Origin: an uncultured Gammaproteobacteria bacterium
Lineage (GTDB): Bacteria > Pseudomonadota > Gammaproteobacteria > Steroidobacterales > SZUA-146
NCBI GenBank assembly: GCA_963922815.1
Contig: CAWUKD010000002.1
Span: forward strand, 2,128 to 66,127
Direction: 5' to 3'
Length of the DNA: 64,000 bases
Shown: one piece after another, positions 38,060 to 47,342 of the stretch
Layout: every line of letters begins with the position of its first letter
Numbering within the stretch: position 1 is the stretch's first letter
Translations under genes and position numbers: made by a program
Notes under the pieces: generated by a model
Databases searched by the model: none
Told to the model about the DNA's origin: nothing
Seen by the model: only the letters and a program-made list of their open reading frames with translations

Positions 38060-39526
38060 TCAGGCGCAGTTCAAAGAAAACGAGAACGCGGAGCCCTGCC
38101 CGAGCCGGCTGGCTACTTCGATTTTGCTGTTGTGCAGGTCGAGTATCTTCTTGACTATGGCAAGCCCGAGACCTGTGCCCCGGTGCCGGTTGGGGTCGTT
38201 ATTCTTCGACACGAACGAGCGCTCAAAAATGCGCGGCAGGTCTTCAGAGCTGATTCCTGCGCCGCTGTCGAACACTGTCGTGACGATCTGGTCTTTGTGT
38301 TTTTTCAGGCAGACGCGAACCACGCCATTCGTGTCGGTGTGTTTGAGCGCGTTGTCAATCAGGTTTTCCAGTACGCGCTCGAGCATGCCGATATCAGCGG
38401 ATACCAGTGCGGTCGTTTTTTCGATGTCTACCTCAAGAGTGATGCCGCGTTTGGCGGCATCGAGTTTGAATTTGTGCACAATATCGTGCACCAGTTCAGC
38501 CATTGAAAAAGGCTCGCGCTTCAGCGTCAGAATTCCTGCGTCAAGGTTGGAAAGTTCAAACAGTTCTTTCACCAGTTTGCCCAGATGGCGCCCGTGCCGC
38601 CCGGCTGTTTCCAGGTATTCGCGACGCTGTTCCTCACCGAGCTCGTCGTATTTGAGATACAGCGTGTCGATGTAACCCTGCATGGAGGATAGAGGCGTGC
38701 GCAAATCGTGCGAGACGTTTTGCATCAGTTCGCGCCGGCGTCTGTCGGTTTGGCGAAGCTCGTGCATCTGACTGACAATTTTTTGCGACATGCGGTTAAA
38801 CGTTCCTGCGAGCGTGTCGATTTCATCTCCGCCTTTCTCGCGGTACCGGGCACTGACCACTTCGCTGAAACCATTGTCACGAAACGCATTGAAGCTGCCT
38901 ACAAGCCGATGCAGGCGACGCGTGAGCACGTAGAAAATCAGCAGTCCGGCCAGCAGTGCGAACGCCATCAGTGCCACAACCGCAACCACGCCGTTCTTGA
39001 TAATGAGACTGTTGCGCAGACCGCGTACGGCGGCCATGTGAGATTCGCCGCCCAGTACTGCGTACAGATATCCTGTGGTGCTGCCACTGTCGTTGGTGAC
39101 TGGCGCGGCCGAAAAAACTTTGGTGGCGCCCGGATTTCGCGGATCGTCACCGTATATGGGTAGCCGATCCGGATGGGCGATAAAGTCGGTGATCGGGCCG
39201 AGACTGATCGGTTGGTCTGCCACCGCGCCCTCGGGAAGGGCGTGGCCAACCACGCGTCCGGTCGGATCGAGCAGATAGACTTCTATCGACGGGTTGATCA
39301 CCATCACCATATTGGCAATGTCTTTCAGGGCATCTTCGTTGATCCGGTCGCCTTCCATCAGATTCTGCGTGGCAACAACATAGTCCGCGATGGTCTTGTT
39401 GAGCCTTTGTGTGGCTTCCTGCTGATAGCGTTCGGTGGTCCACCACGTAATGCCCACGGTGGCCAGACCGATGCAGACGAGGATGCCGAGCAGTGCCGCG
39501 ACGGACCTTAAAAACAGTGAATTCAT
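38060..39526 (-). CDS. sensor histidine kinase (2 TM, periplasmic sensor, HAMP, HisKA, HATPase_c)
   Basis: H-box SHDLRTPLSSMQGY, N-box NLIDNALKHT, G-boxes DSGAGI / GTGLGLAI. Confidence 0.85.
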   Translation of the reverse strand: MNSLFLRSVAALLGILVCIGLATVGITWWTTERYQQEATQRLNKTIADYVVATQNLMEGDRINEDALKDIANMVMVINPSIEVYLLDPTGRVVGHALPEGAVADQPISLGPITDFIAHPDRLPIYGDDPRNPGATKVFSAAPVTNDSGSTTGYLYAVLGGESHMAAVRGLRNSLIIKNGVVAVVALMAFALLAGLLIFYVLTRRLHRLVGSFNAFRDNGFSEVVSARYREKGGDEIDTLAGTFNRMSQKIVSQMHELRQTDRRRRELMQNVSHDLRTPLSSMQGYIDTLYLKYDELGEEQRREYLETAGRHGRHLGKLVKELFELSNLDAGILTLKREPFSMAELVHDIVHKFKLDAAKRGITLEVDIEKTTALVSADIGMLERVLENLIDNALKHTDTNGVVRVCLKKHKDQIVTTVFDSGAGISSEDLPRIFERSFVSKNNDPNRHRGTGLGLAIVKKILDLHNSKIEVASRLGQGSAFSFSLNCA

Positions 39527-40236
39527 ACAGAGGCAGGTTGCTGTCCAAAGCGATAGCCCACACCCCAGACGGTGGTCAGCATCGCCGGTGAAGAAGGGTC
39601 GGGCTCTATCTTTCCTCGCAGACGATTGATGTGGGTGTTTACCGTGTGCTCATAGCCGTCGTGGCCATACCCCCAGACCTGATCCAGCAGCTGGGATCGT
39701 GTAAACACAACCCCCGGATGGCTGGCAAAGTGGGCCAGAAGGTCAAATTCCTTGGCGGTAAGCGTGACCGAACCGCCGCCGATCATGACGTCCCGGGAGC
39801 GCAAATCTATGATCAGGTCACCAGCGCAAATCTGTTTGTTTTGCTGTGCACCATTGTCCTGCCGACCCATTTCACTGCGTCGGAAAATAGCTTTGGCCCG
39901 CGCCACCATTTCGCGCACGCTGAACGGCTTGGTCAGGTAATCATCGGCACCCAGCTCAAGACCAAGTACGCGATCTATCTCGGAGGTTTTGGCTGTGATC
40001 ATGATAATCGGGACCGTGCTACCCGATTCCCGGAGTGCTCTGCATATGTGCAGGCCGTCGTTGCCGGGCAGCTGGATGTCCAGAAGGACCAGGTCCCATG
40101 ACTGCGACAGCGCCAGATCAAGTCCCTTGCGACCGTCGTGGGCCACGGTGACTTCCTCGCAGACATCCTGGAGGTGCAGTTTGATGAGCGCGGCGATATC
40201 GGTTTCGTCTTCAATAACTAGGGCATTTCTGGCCAT
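39523..40236 (-). CDS. OmpR/PhoB family response regulator
   Basis: Start at ATG 40234-40236 (MARNALVIEDE). Receiver Asp (LVLLDIQLP) and winged helix TVWGVGYRF. It overlaps the kinase gene by 4 nt. Confidence 0.9.
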   Translation of the reverse strand: MARNALVIEDETDIAALIKLHLQDVCEEVTVAHDGRKGLDLALSQSWDLVLLDIQLPGNDGLHICRALRESGSTVPIIMITAKTSEIDRVLGLELGADDYLTKPFSVREMVARAKAIFRRSEMGRQDNGAQQNKQICAGDLIIDLRSRDVMIGGGSVTLTAKEFDLLAHFASHPGVVFTRSQLLDQVWGYGHDGYEHTVNTHINRLRGKIEPDPSSPAMLTTVWGVGYRFGQQPASV

Positions 40237-40731
40237 ATGACTTCTCACATCCATTTAGAAAGCGTAGCCGTAAAAACTTACGCTGAGATCACAAAACGAT
40301 TCTTAATCCATAACGACCCAGCCAGAGCGGTGAATATTTCGTTTTATTTACCGTTGTGCCGGAGGCGAGCGGCCGGGCAGGTGCCGGTCGAGGGATTCGA
40401 CGCACAGATCCACCTGAACGGCCGCGGCGTGGGAGCGTTGACACGTTGATCCGTGCGGTAGTGATGCAGCGCCACAAATATCACCGGTGCCGTTAGAGTG
40501 CTGCAGATATGGCATCAATCGAAGCCGAGCGCCCGAGAATCATGTGCTCCGCCGTCTTGATGTGCGCATCAATTGAAAAAAATCGACGCAAAACAAGCGG
40601 CAACATTGCACTTGGGGCTTTGCAACTGCACAATACAGAGCATCATATTAGGGGGTTCTGTGCCGCTTGCTGAACGCATGCAATGCCGGTCGTTCCCTGT
40701 GCATTTTCATTGTGTAGGTGGGTAGGTCCGT

Positions 40732-43080
40732 ATGTCTAATCCAAGAAATTCGTCATTTCCGTTAATTGCAGCTGCTGTTGCGACAGCGCTGGGTACTGCC
40801 TGGACGCTTCCGGCACTGGGCCAGGCGGCCCTGGAAGAAGTGGTTGTGACCGCACGAAAACGGGAAGAGAGTCTGCAGGATGTCCCGATTTCCATTAACG
40901 CGGTGGGCGGCGCGAAGCTCGAAGAGGCTGGCATCGATAAACTCGAAGATTTGCAGGCCCTGGTCCCAAACTTTCAGCTGACAGAAACCGGCATCAGTAC
41001 TCAGATGTACGTGCGCGGTATCGGTACGAGCAACAACCAGGGGTTTGAGCAGTCGGTGGGTACGTACATCGACGGCGTGTACTACGGACGACAGCAGCTT
41101 ATCCGGGCGCCGATGTTTGATCTGGCCCGGGTTGAGGTGCTGCGCGGACCCCAGAGTATTCTGTTCGGCAAGAACTCGATTGCCGGCGCCCTGAACATGA
41201 CGACAGCCAAGCCAACTGACGAGCGTACGGCCAAAGTCGGCCTCACCGTCAATCCCGATTTTGGGGGCTATGAGGGGCGGTTCATTTATTCGCAGGGACT
41301 GACCGACAAGCTGGCCGGTCGCCTGTCGGTGCGTTACGCCGAAGAAGACGGCTATGTGCGCAATACCCAGAAGAACGAGGATGAAGTCAGTCGGGAAGAA
41401 GCGACGGTGCGCGCCCAGTTGCGCTATACGCCCAGCGATACCCAGGAATGGAATCTGAAAGCCGAGTGGAATCAGTTTGATCAGACCGGTCGCCAGATCG
41501 AGGTGATTCAGGATGATGCCTCGGCGGCCAGCGGAGGCGCCACGTTTGCCCAGATTCTGGGCGCATTGGGTTCGCCGTTTGGAATTACCGAGACCGACCT
41601 CGACTATGAGCGGCAGGCTGACTCGTTCGAAAAGAGTGACAATGAGCTGCTGAACTTCACATTGATCGGCAGTTTTGATCTTGACAGCGGTAGCACATTT
41701 ACAACGACTACCGGCTATGTCGAATACACGTTTGATGAGATTTGTGACTGCGACTTCGTAGGCGCGCCGGTTTTTGACCTGCCCATGAGTGAAGGATACG
41801 AGCAAATCAGCCAGGAATTTCGCTGGTCGTCACCGGGTGGTGAGCTGGTTGACTGGCAGACCGGCTTTTTCTTCCAGAAAAGCGACGTAGTGTTCGAGGA
41901 TATGCTGCGAGTAATGACCGACAGCATTCTGCCGCAGGTTTCGTCGCTGCTGGCGCCCACGGTGAATCAGGGTGCAGCCCGAGTCTATGAATCCGAATCG
42001 GAGCTGTACGCGTACTTTGCCGAGGGGACGCTGAATCTGTCTGACCGCTTCCGCGTAACCTTTGGTGGTCGATATACGAAGGAGCACAAGTCTGGCTCCA
42101 GAATTGCCCAGGTGTACGACCTTATGCCCAACACGCTTGAGCGGCTTGGACTTTCGACCAGCGTAGCGGCTCCACTGGTGTTTTTTGGCGCCTTTGGATT
42201 TGACAATGAGCAGTTCAACGGACACAACCTGCGTGGATCACGTTCAGAAGATTCGTTCACGCCTTCGCTCAACATGCAGTATGACCTGAACGATGACTGG
42301 ATGGCCTACATCACTGCCAGTACTGGTTACAAATCCGGTGGTTATGATGCCAGAGGTAACAACATCAACTCGTTTGAGTTTGAAGAAGAAGAAGCCGTTT
42401 CCGTCGAAGTGGGTGCGAAAGGTAAATTCGCTGACGGCCGGGTAGAGGCGAACATTTCTTTGTACAACACCAGCTATGACGATCTGCAGGTGTCCCAATT
42501 TGATGGCCAGATCGGTTTCAACGTTGGTAATGCCGGTGAAGTACGGGCCAGAGGCCTGGAACTGGACGGACGCTGGGCGATCGCGGAGAACTGGACGTCG
42601 ACGTTCTCTGTTGCGTATCTCGATCACGAGTACACCGATTTTCCGAACGGCAACTGCTATAACTTCCAGGTTCCTGACGGAGTGGTGGTAGACGGCATCC
42701 CGCTGTGCGACTACACGGGGCTTTCCGGTCAGTATACGCCTGAGATAACCGGCGCGTTATCGCTAGACTACTATCGTCCTCTGAACGGCAACTTTGATTT
42801 GCGTATGACTGGAGACATGTCGTACTCAGGCGAGCAAAACGTTCACGTTAACCTTGATCCACAGTATGTTATTGATGCCTATGCCAAGTGGAATCTTCGA
42901 ATCGCTCTGGAGAGTGACAACTGGACCCTGGCGCTGTCGGGACTTAACCTGACGGACGAGAAGGTGCTCACTTACGTGGGTAACAATCCGCTGTCAGGCA
43001 GTACCTTCAATACCAACACCTTCTATGGTTTTATTGCGCCTCCGCGCACGTTTACCTTGTCAGCAACCTACGAGTTCTAA
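40732..43080 (+). CDS. TonB-dependent receptor
   Basis: 782 aa. Signal peptide, plug start EEVVVTARKREESLQDVPISI, and C-terminal ...SATYEF. Confidence 0.9.
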   Translation: MSNPRNSSFPLIAAAVATALGTAWTLPALGQAALEEVVVTARKREESLQDVPISINAVGGAKLEEAGIDKLEDLQALVPNFQLTETGISTQMYVRGIGTSNNQGFEQSVGTYIDGVYYGRQQLIRAPMFDLARVEVLRGPQSILFGKNSIAGALNMTTAKPTDERTAKVGLTVNPDFGGYEGRFIYSQGLTDKLAGRLSVRYAEEDGYVRNTQKNEDEVSREEATVRAQLRYTPSDTQEWNLKAEWNQFDQTGRQIEVIQDDASAASGGATFAQILGALGSPFGITETDLDYERQADSFEKSDNELLNFTLIGSFDLDSGSTFTTTTGYVEYTFDEICDCDFVGAPVFDLPMSEGYEQISQEFRWSSPGGELVDWQTGFFFQKSDVVFEDMLRVMTDSILPQVSSLLAPTVNQGAARVYESESELYAYFAEGTLNLSDRFRVTFGGRYTKEHKSGSRIAQVYDLMPNTLERLGLSTSVAAPLVFFGAFGFDNEQFNGHNLRGSRSEDSFTPSLNMQYDLNDDWMAYITASTGYKSGGYDARGNNINSFEFEEEEAVSVEVGAKGKFADGRVEANISLYNTSYDDLQVSQFDGQIGFNVGNAGEVRARGLELDGRWAIAENWTSTFSVAYLDHEYTDFPNGNCYNFQVPDGVVVDGIPLCDYTGLSGQYTPEITGALSLDYYRPLNGNFDLRMTGDMSYSGEQNVHVNLDPQYVIDAYAKWNLRIALESDNWTLALSGLNLTDEKVLTYVGNNPLSGSTFNTNTFYGFIAPPRTFTLSATYEF

Positions 43081-43106
43081 ATACCCGTCATCACACTGCT
43101 GCAAGT

Positions 43107-43134
43107 AAGGGCCTGCTTTGCAGGCCCTTTTTTG
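43107..43134 (+). terminator. rho-independent terminator
   Basis: AAGGGCCTG-CTTTG-CAGGCCCTT hairpin with a T-run. Confidence 0.75.
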
Positions 43135-43213
43135 TGGTGCCACATGGGTATTTGCCAAGGGTTGTGATACAACTAATGACTTTCTCTTAAACGCTGAATT
43201 CTTAGAGGTGCTT

Positions 43214-44848
43214 ATGCTGGCTGGCAAGATGATGGACGAGCCTTTGGTAATAACGTCGTTTTTGCGCTATGCAGAAAAAATATATGCAGACGTGGAAGTT
43301 GTTTCGGTCACTCAGGATATTCCGAGGCATCGCACCAGCTACGGTGAATGTTTCGGGCGTTCACGCCGGCTCGCCAATGCGTTGACCCGTCTGGGCGTAA
43401 AAAACGGCGACCGGATTGGCACGATGGCCTGGAACGACCACCGTCACTTTGAGGCCTACTACGCGATTCCCTGCATGGGAGCGGTATGTCACACGATCAA
43501 CCCGCGGCTCTTTGCCGAGCAGTTGTTGCACATAGTCAACCATGCAGAAGATGAATGGATTCTGACGGATCCGTTGTTTGTACCCTTGTTCGAGAAGCTG
43601 CACAGCCAGTTTAATTCGGTGAAAGGCTATATCGTTTTGACCGACGAAGCCCATATGCCCGAGACCTCGCTCGAGAATGTCCACTGTTACGAAGCCTTGC
43701 TAAGCGGCGAATCGGATGACTTCAGATGGCCCGAAGTCGACGAGCGCTCGGCCAGTTCACTGTGCTACACCTCTGGCACGACGGGTAACCCAAAAGGCGT
43801 GTTGTACTCGCACCGCTCCAATTTTCTTCACACCATGTCTTCGCTGCAGCCCAATGTCTTCGACATGGGTGTTGCAGATAGTGTTTTACCCGTTGTTCCC
43901 ATGTTCCACGCCAACGCCTGGGGCGTGCCCTATGCGTCGCCGATTGTGGGGGCCAAACTGATCCTGCCGGGACCCAAGCTGGCCGACGGTGCTACGCTCT
44001 ACGACCTGATGGAAACGGAAAACGTCACGCTGGCGCTGGGCGTGCCGACCGTATGGCTCGCGCTGCTCGAGTATCTGGATCAAAACAAGCTGACGCTGAC
44101 CAAACTCCAGCGCACGATTGTTGGCGGTGCGGCATGTCCAACGTCGATCATGGATCAGTTCCGGGACAAGCACGATGTGTTTGTTCACCACGCGTGGGGT
44201 ATGACAGAAACCAGTCCTCTGGGGTCGTTTACACCCGATTTGAGGGTGTGTCCCGACGTGTCGCCCGACGAAATTGATACTCTGCGGGCCAAGCAGGGGC
44301 GCCCGCCGTTTGGGATCAGCATGAAGATCGTCAACCCGGAGGGCGAGGAGCTGCCCTGGAACGGGACCGACTTCGGTACGCTCAAAGTAAGAGGGCCGTA
44401 TGTTTGCGAGGGCTATTTCAAACTGGATCACAGCGAGGCACATGATGAAGACGGCTGGTTCGATACCGGCGACGTCGCCACCATTGATTCGCGAGGATTT
44501 ATGGAAATTACCGATCGCGTCAAAGATGTGATCAAGTCAGGCGGTGAGTGGATCAGCTCACTTGAGCTCGAGGAAATCGCCATGCAGTGCGAAGGTGTGG
44601 CTGAGGCGGCCGCCGTCGGCATCAATCATCCCAAATGGACCGAGCGACCGCTGCTGGTGGTGGTCAGGAAAGCGGGAGCGCATCTCGATGCAGATACCCT
44701 GAAGCGCTGGTTCGACGGAAAAATGGCCGCCTGGTGGATGCCCGACGATATTGTTTTCGTTGACGAATTGCCGCATACGGCAACCGGCAAGCTCAATAAG
44801 CTGGCCATCAGGCAGACCTTTGCAGAGCACTATGCGGATGCAACTTAA
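43214..44848 (+). CDS. fatty-acid--CoA ligase (AMP-binding family)
   Basis: Start at ATG 43214 with AGAGGTG upstream. AMP-binding motif [20 protein letters not shown]; GWFDTGD; C-terminal TATGKLNK. Confidence 0.85.
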   Translation: MLAGKMMDEPLVITSFLRYAEKIYADVEVVSVTQDIPRHRTSYGECFGRSRRLANALTRLGVKNGDRIGTMAWNDHRHFEAYYAIPCMGAVCHTINPRLFAEQLLHIVNHAEDEWILTDPLFVPLFEKLHSQFNSVKGYIVLTDEAHMPETSLENVHCYEALLSGESDDFRWPEVDERSASSLCYTSGTTGNPKGVLYSHRSNFLHTMSSLQPNVFDMGVADSVLPVVPMFHANAWGVPYASPIVGAKLILPGPKLADGATLYDLMETENVTLALGVPTVWLALLEYLDQNKLTLTKLQRTIVGGAACPTSIMDQFRDKHDVFVHHAWGMTETSPLGSFTPDLRVCPDVSPDEIDTLRAKQGRPPFGISMKIVNPEGEELPWNGTDFGTLKVRGPYVCEGYFKLDHSEAHDEDGWFDTGDVATIDSRGFMEITDRVKDVIKSGGEWISSLELEEIAMQCEGVAEAAAVGINHPKWTERPLLVVVRKAGAHLDADTLKRWFDGKMAAWWMPDDIVFVDELPHTATGKLNKLAIRQTFAEHYADAT

Positions 44849-45216
44849 GCTCCTGATATAGAATAGAAAAACAAGTGATGCGGCGTTTGTGGTGCAGTGA
44901 GGCATCGGGACGGCTCACGAGCATTTTCAACATAGTCTGCGGCCGCTCAGCAACATGGGGCAGGGTGACAGAGAGGGGTGTTGCCGGCCGCGGCATCGGA
45001 ATATGTCAAAATGATCGCGCACAGGCGGCCAGCAGTGCTAGACTGGTCGCAGATCATTTGGCGGGCAAAAATAAAAAACACGCCCGAACTATCGATTTAT
45101 TGAGTACGCGCTTCAAAGATTCACGTTAAGTGAGCAGGAACGTGTTCTCGGGTTCGAAAGAGTCCATTGCGATATACCTGATAATTATAGATTGCGCCCA
45201 TTGGGGGGATAAGAAA

Positions 45217-45801
45217 ATGACAAGAATTCTCAAAGCGATTGCACTCGCTTCCATGTTTACGTTCGCTGCGTTTGCTGCCGCTGATTCGGTCACTTACACC
45301 GGCAACACGGAAACCAGTGCTGATGGTTCATGGATGCATCCCGATGCGGATTTCGCCATGCTCGATGCGGACACCACCCTGTATTCAGTTCAGGCATTCA
45401 CCGTTTCTGAAGACGGCATGTACGACATCAGTTCTGCTCAGGGCATGAACGATGCCGGTACTCAGTTTGACGGCATGATTTTCGTTTACGCCAACGCCTT
45501 CGACCCGTCAAATGGTCTATTAAACGGAATTGCGGCTGATGACGATGGCCCGTCTGGTGCAGGTAGCTCGGAAATTCTGGACCTGAGCCTCACGGCTGGT
45601 ACCACGTACTACCTGGTAACCACCGGGTTTACTTCTGAAGACACCGTGTTTGGTGCTGCTTCTGGTCCATTCAGCAATACCATTTCCGGTGACGGTGACA
45701 TTGATCTTGCTGCGCCAGTACCACTGCCTGCAGCCGTATGGCTGATGATCAGCGGTCTGGCCGGACTTGGCCTGATTCGACGACGACCCGCTGCCAGCTA
45801 G
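45217..45801 (+). CDS. secreted protein with VPLPA-CTERM (PEP-CTERM-like) sorting signal
   Basis: Start at ATG 45217 gives the signal peptide MTRILKAIALASMFTFAAFAAA. The C-terminus is VPLPAAVWLMISGLAGLGLIRRR (motif + TM + basic cluster). Confidence 0.7.
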   Translation: MTRILKAIALASMFTFAAFAAADSVTYTGNTETSADGSWMHPDADFAMLDADTTLYSVQAFTVSEDGMYDISSAQGMNDAGTQFDGMIFVYANAFDPSNGLLNGIAADDDGPSGAGSSEILDLSLTAGTTYYLVTTGFTSEDTVFGAASGPFSNTISGDGDIDLAAPVPLPAAVWLMISGLAGLGLIRRRPAAS

Positions 45802-45842
45802 ATCGGCAGTCGCACGAGCAGCGCTCGTGCCACAGTTATGAC

Positions 45843-45870
45843 AAAACCCCGCCGCGTGCGGGGTTTTTTT
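45843..45870 (+). terminator. rho-independent terminator
   Basis: AAAACCCCGC-CGCGT-GCGGGGTTTTTTT. Confidence 0.8.
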
Positions 45871-46334
45871 ATTGCGCTTACATCGTACGAAAGGTGTGAA
45901 TCACAGGGTTTCAATAGGGCCGTCCAGGGACGCTGAGCAGACTCTAGTCGCTCTGTCCGGGCAGGACTGGCCGTCCGATGGCGACTGCCAGTATCATCGC
46001 GAATAACCCCATACCAAGACGGCTTTCCACACGGTCAGGGTCTAACATCGTGCGCTGATTGTGGGCGGCGATTCACCGGTAGTTGACGGCATCCTGTATA
46101 GTCTCGTCGACGTGCCAGGTGCGTGCCCGATCGGCATGTAACGCCCGGCACGCGAAGTGACTGGAATAGGTAACCTCTCGGATCAGTGAACGATTGAATG
46201 ACCACTAAAGTTAATCAAACGTCCTTTCAGCGGAATCTCAATAGCGGGATGGACGGGTATTGCGCCAATTCGGCTGCGCGGCGAACGCGCGCGAGAATAT
46301 GCGTTGATGGGCGAGCGTGCTACGGAGCGTTGAG

Positions 46335-47336
46335 GTGACGGAACTCTACTACGCGGCCGCGTGCCAGACGGATTTCAAAGCGCCGGCAGATCGTGAGGGA
46401 ATCGCTGCCAACACGAAACGGATGTGCGCCATGCTCGAGCAGACGATCGCCGGGTATGAGCCTTTTTTTGACGTTCGTCTGTTTGTGTTTCCCGAATTTG
46501 CGCACGCCGTACCGCTCTATCAAACGACGTCGGAATTGAAAAAACGGCTTGCCGTAACATTGCCTAATGAACATACCGAACAGTATGAAAAGCTGGCCAG
46601 AAAACACGGCTGTTACATTCAGACCGGCACTTTTCTGGAGGTTGATGAGAATTACCCGGGCGCTTTGTTTAATACAACGCTGCTGATTGGCCCCGATGGT
46701 ATTCTGAGCCGGTACCGTAAAGTAAATACCTGGATACCCTGGGAGGTCCATACCTCGCCGGCGGATCTGGGAAACTATACGGAAGAGCTGTTCCCGGTGG
46801 TGGATACGGAGCTTGGAAAGCTCGGTGTTGCCATTTGCTACGACTGGCTGTTTCCGGAAACCATTCGCCAGCTGGGTTTCAACGGTGCCGAAGTTATTTT
46901 GCGGGTGTCTGCCTACATGAACCCCTGGGGTACGGCGGAACCGATGAACTGGTGGGGATTGATCAATCAGACCCGGGCGATAGAAAATACAGCGTACGTT
47001 GTGGCCTCCAATCAGGGCGCCGAGTTTGCCAACTACCCGCCGTTTTGCTGGCCAGGCGGTAGTATGGTGGTGGACTACGATGGTCGCGTACTGGCCCAGG
47101 CAGATGCGGGGCCGGGTGAGCGAGTGGTAGTTGCTCCTATCAATATCGGGCAGCTGCGACACGAGCGCGAACGACGAACCGGGCATGATATGCGTAGCCA
47201 CCTGCGCACCTCTGCCCACTCATATTTGAAACATGATTATCTCGCACCGGCGGGCGACCAGGCGATTACTATCGAGTCGCTAAACGCCCGGATTGGTGAA
47301 GGTAAAGAAACCGTTAAGAAACGCCAAAAGGATTAG
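46335..47336 (+). CDS. carbon-nitrogen hydrolase family protein (aliphatic amidase/formamidase-like)
   Basis: Glu-Lys-Cys triad contexts VFPEF, YRKVNTWIPWE and VAICYDWLFPE. GTG 46335 is preceded by GGAG with a 7-nt spacer (the ORF track starts at GTG 46317). Confidence 0.8.
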   Translation: MTELYYAAACQTDFKAPADREGIAANTKRMCAMLEQTIAGYEPFFDVRLFVFPEFAHAVPLYQTTSELKKRLAVTLPNEHTEQYEKLARKHGCYIQTGTFLEVDENYPGALFNTTLLIGPDGILSRYRKVNTWIPWEVHTSPADLGNYTEELFPVVDTELGKLGVAICYDWLFPETIRQLGFNGAEVILRVSAYMNPWGTAEPMNWWGLINQTRAIENTAYVVASNQGAEFANYPPFCWPGGSMVVDYDGRVLAQADAGPGERVVVAPINIGQLRHERERRTGHDMRSHLRTSAHSYLKHDYLAPAGDQAITIESLNARIGEGKETVKKRQKD

Positions 47337-47342
47337 ACACCC

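Noticed and set aside
45802-46316. A 515-bp ORF-free gap before the CN-hydrolase. It holds several GGA triplets, a GC hairpin (CGCGCG-GCGAA-CGCGCG, about 46277-46293) and a 34-codon minus-strand ORF (45944-46048, MLDPDRVESRLGMGLFAMILAVAIGRPVLPGQSD).
   Set aside because: There is no terminator and no promoter that I can place, the GGA contexts are less regular than at 1711-1845, and the mini-ORF lacks an RBS. It is most simply the promoter/leader region of the downstream cluster.
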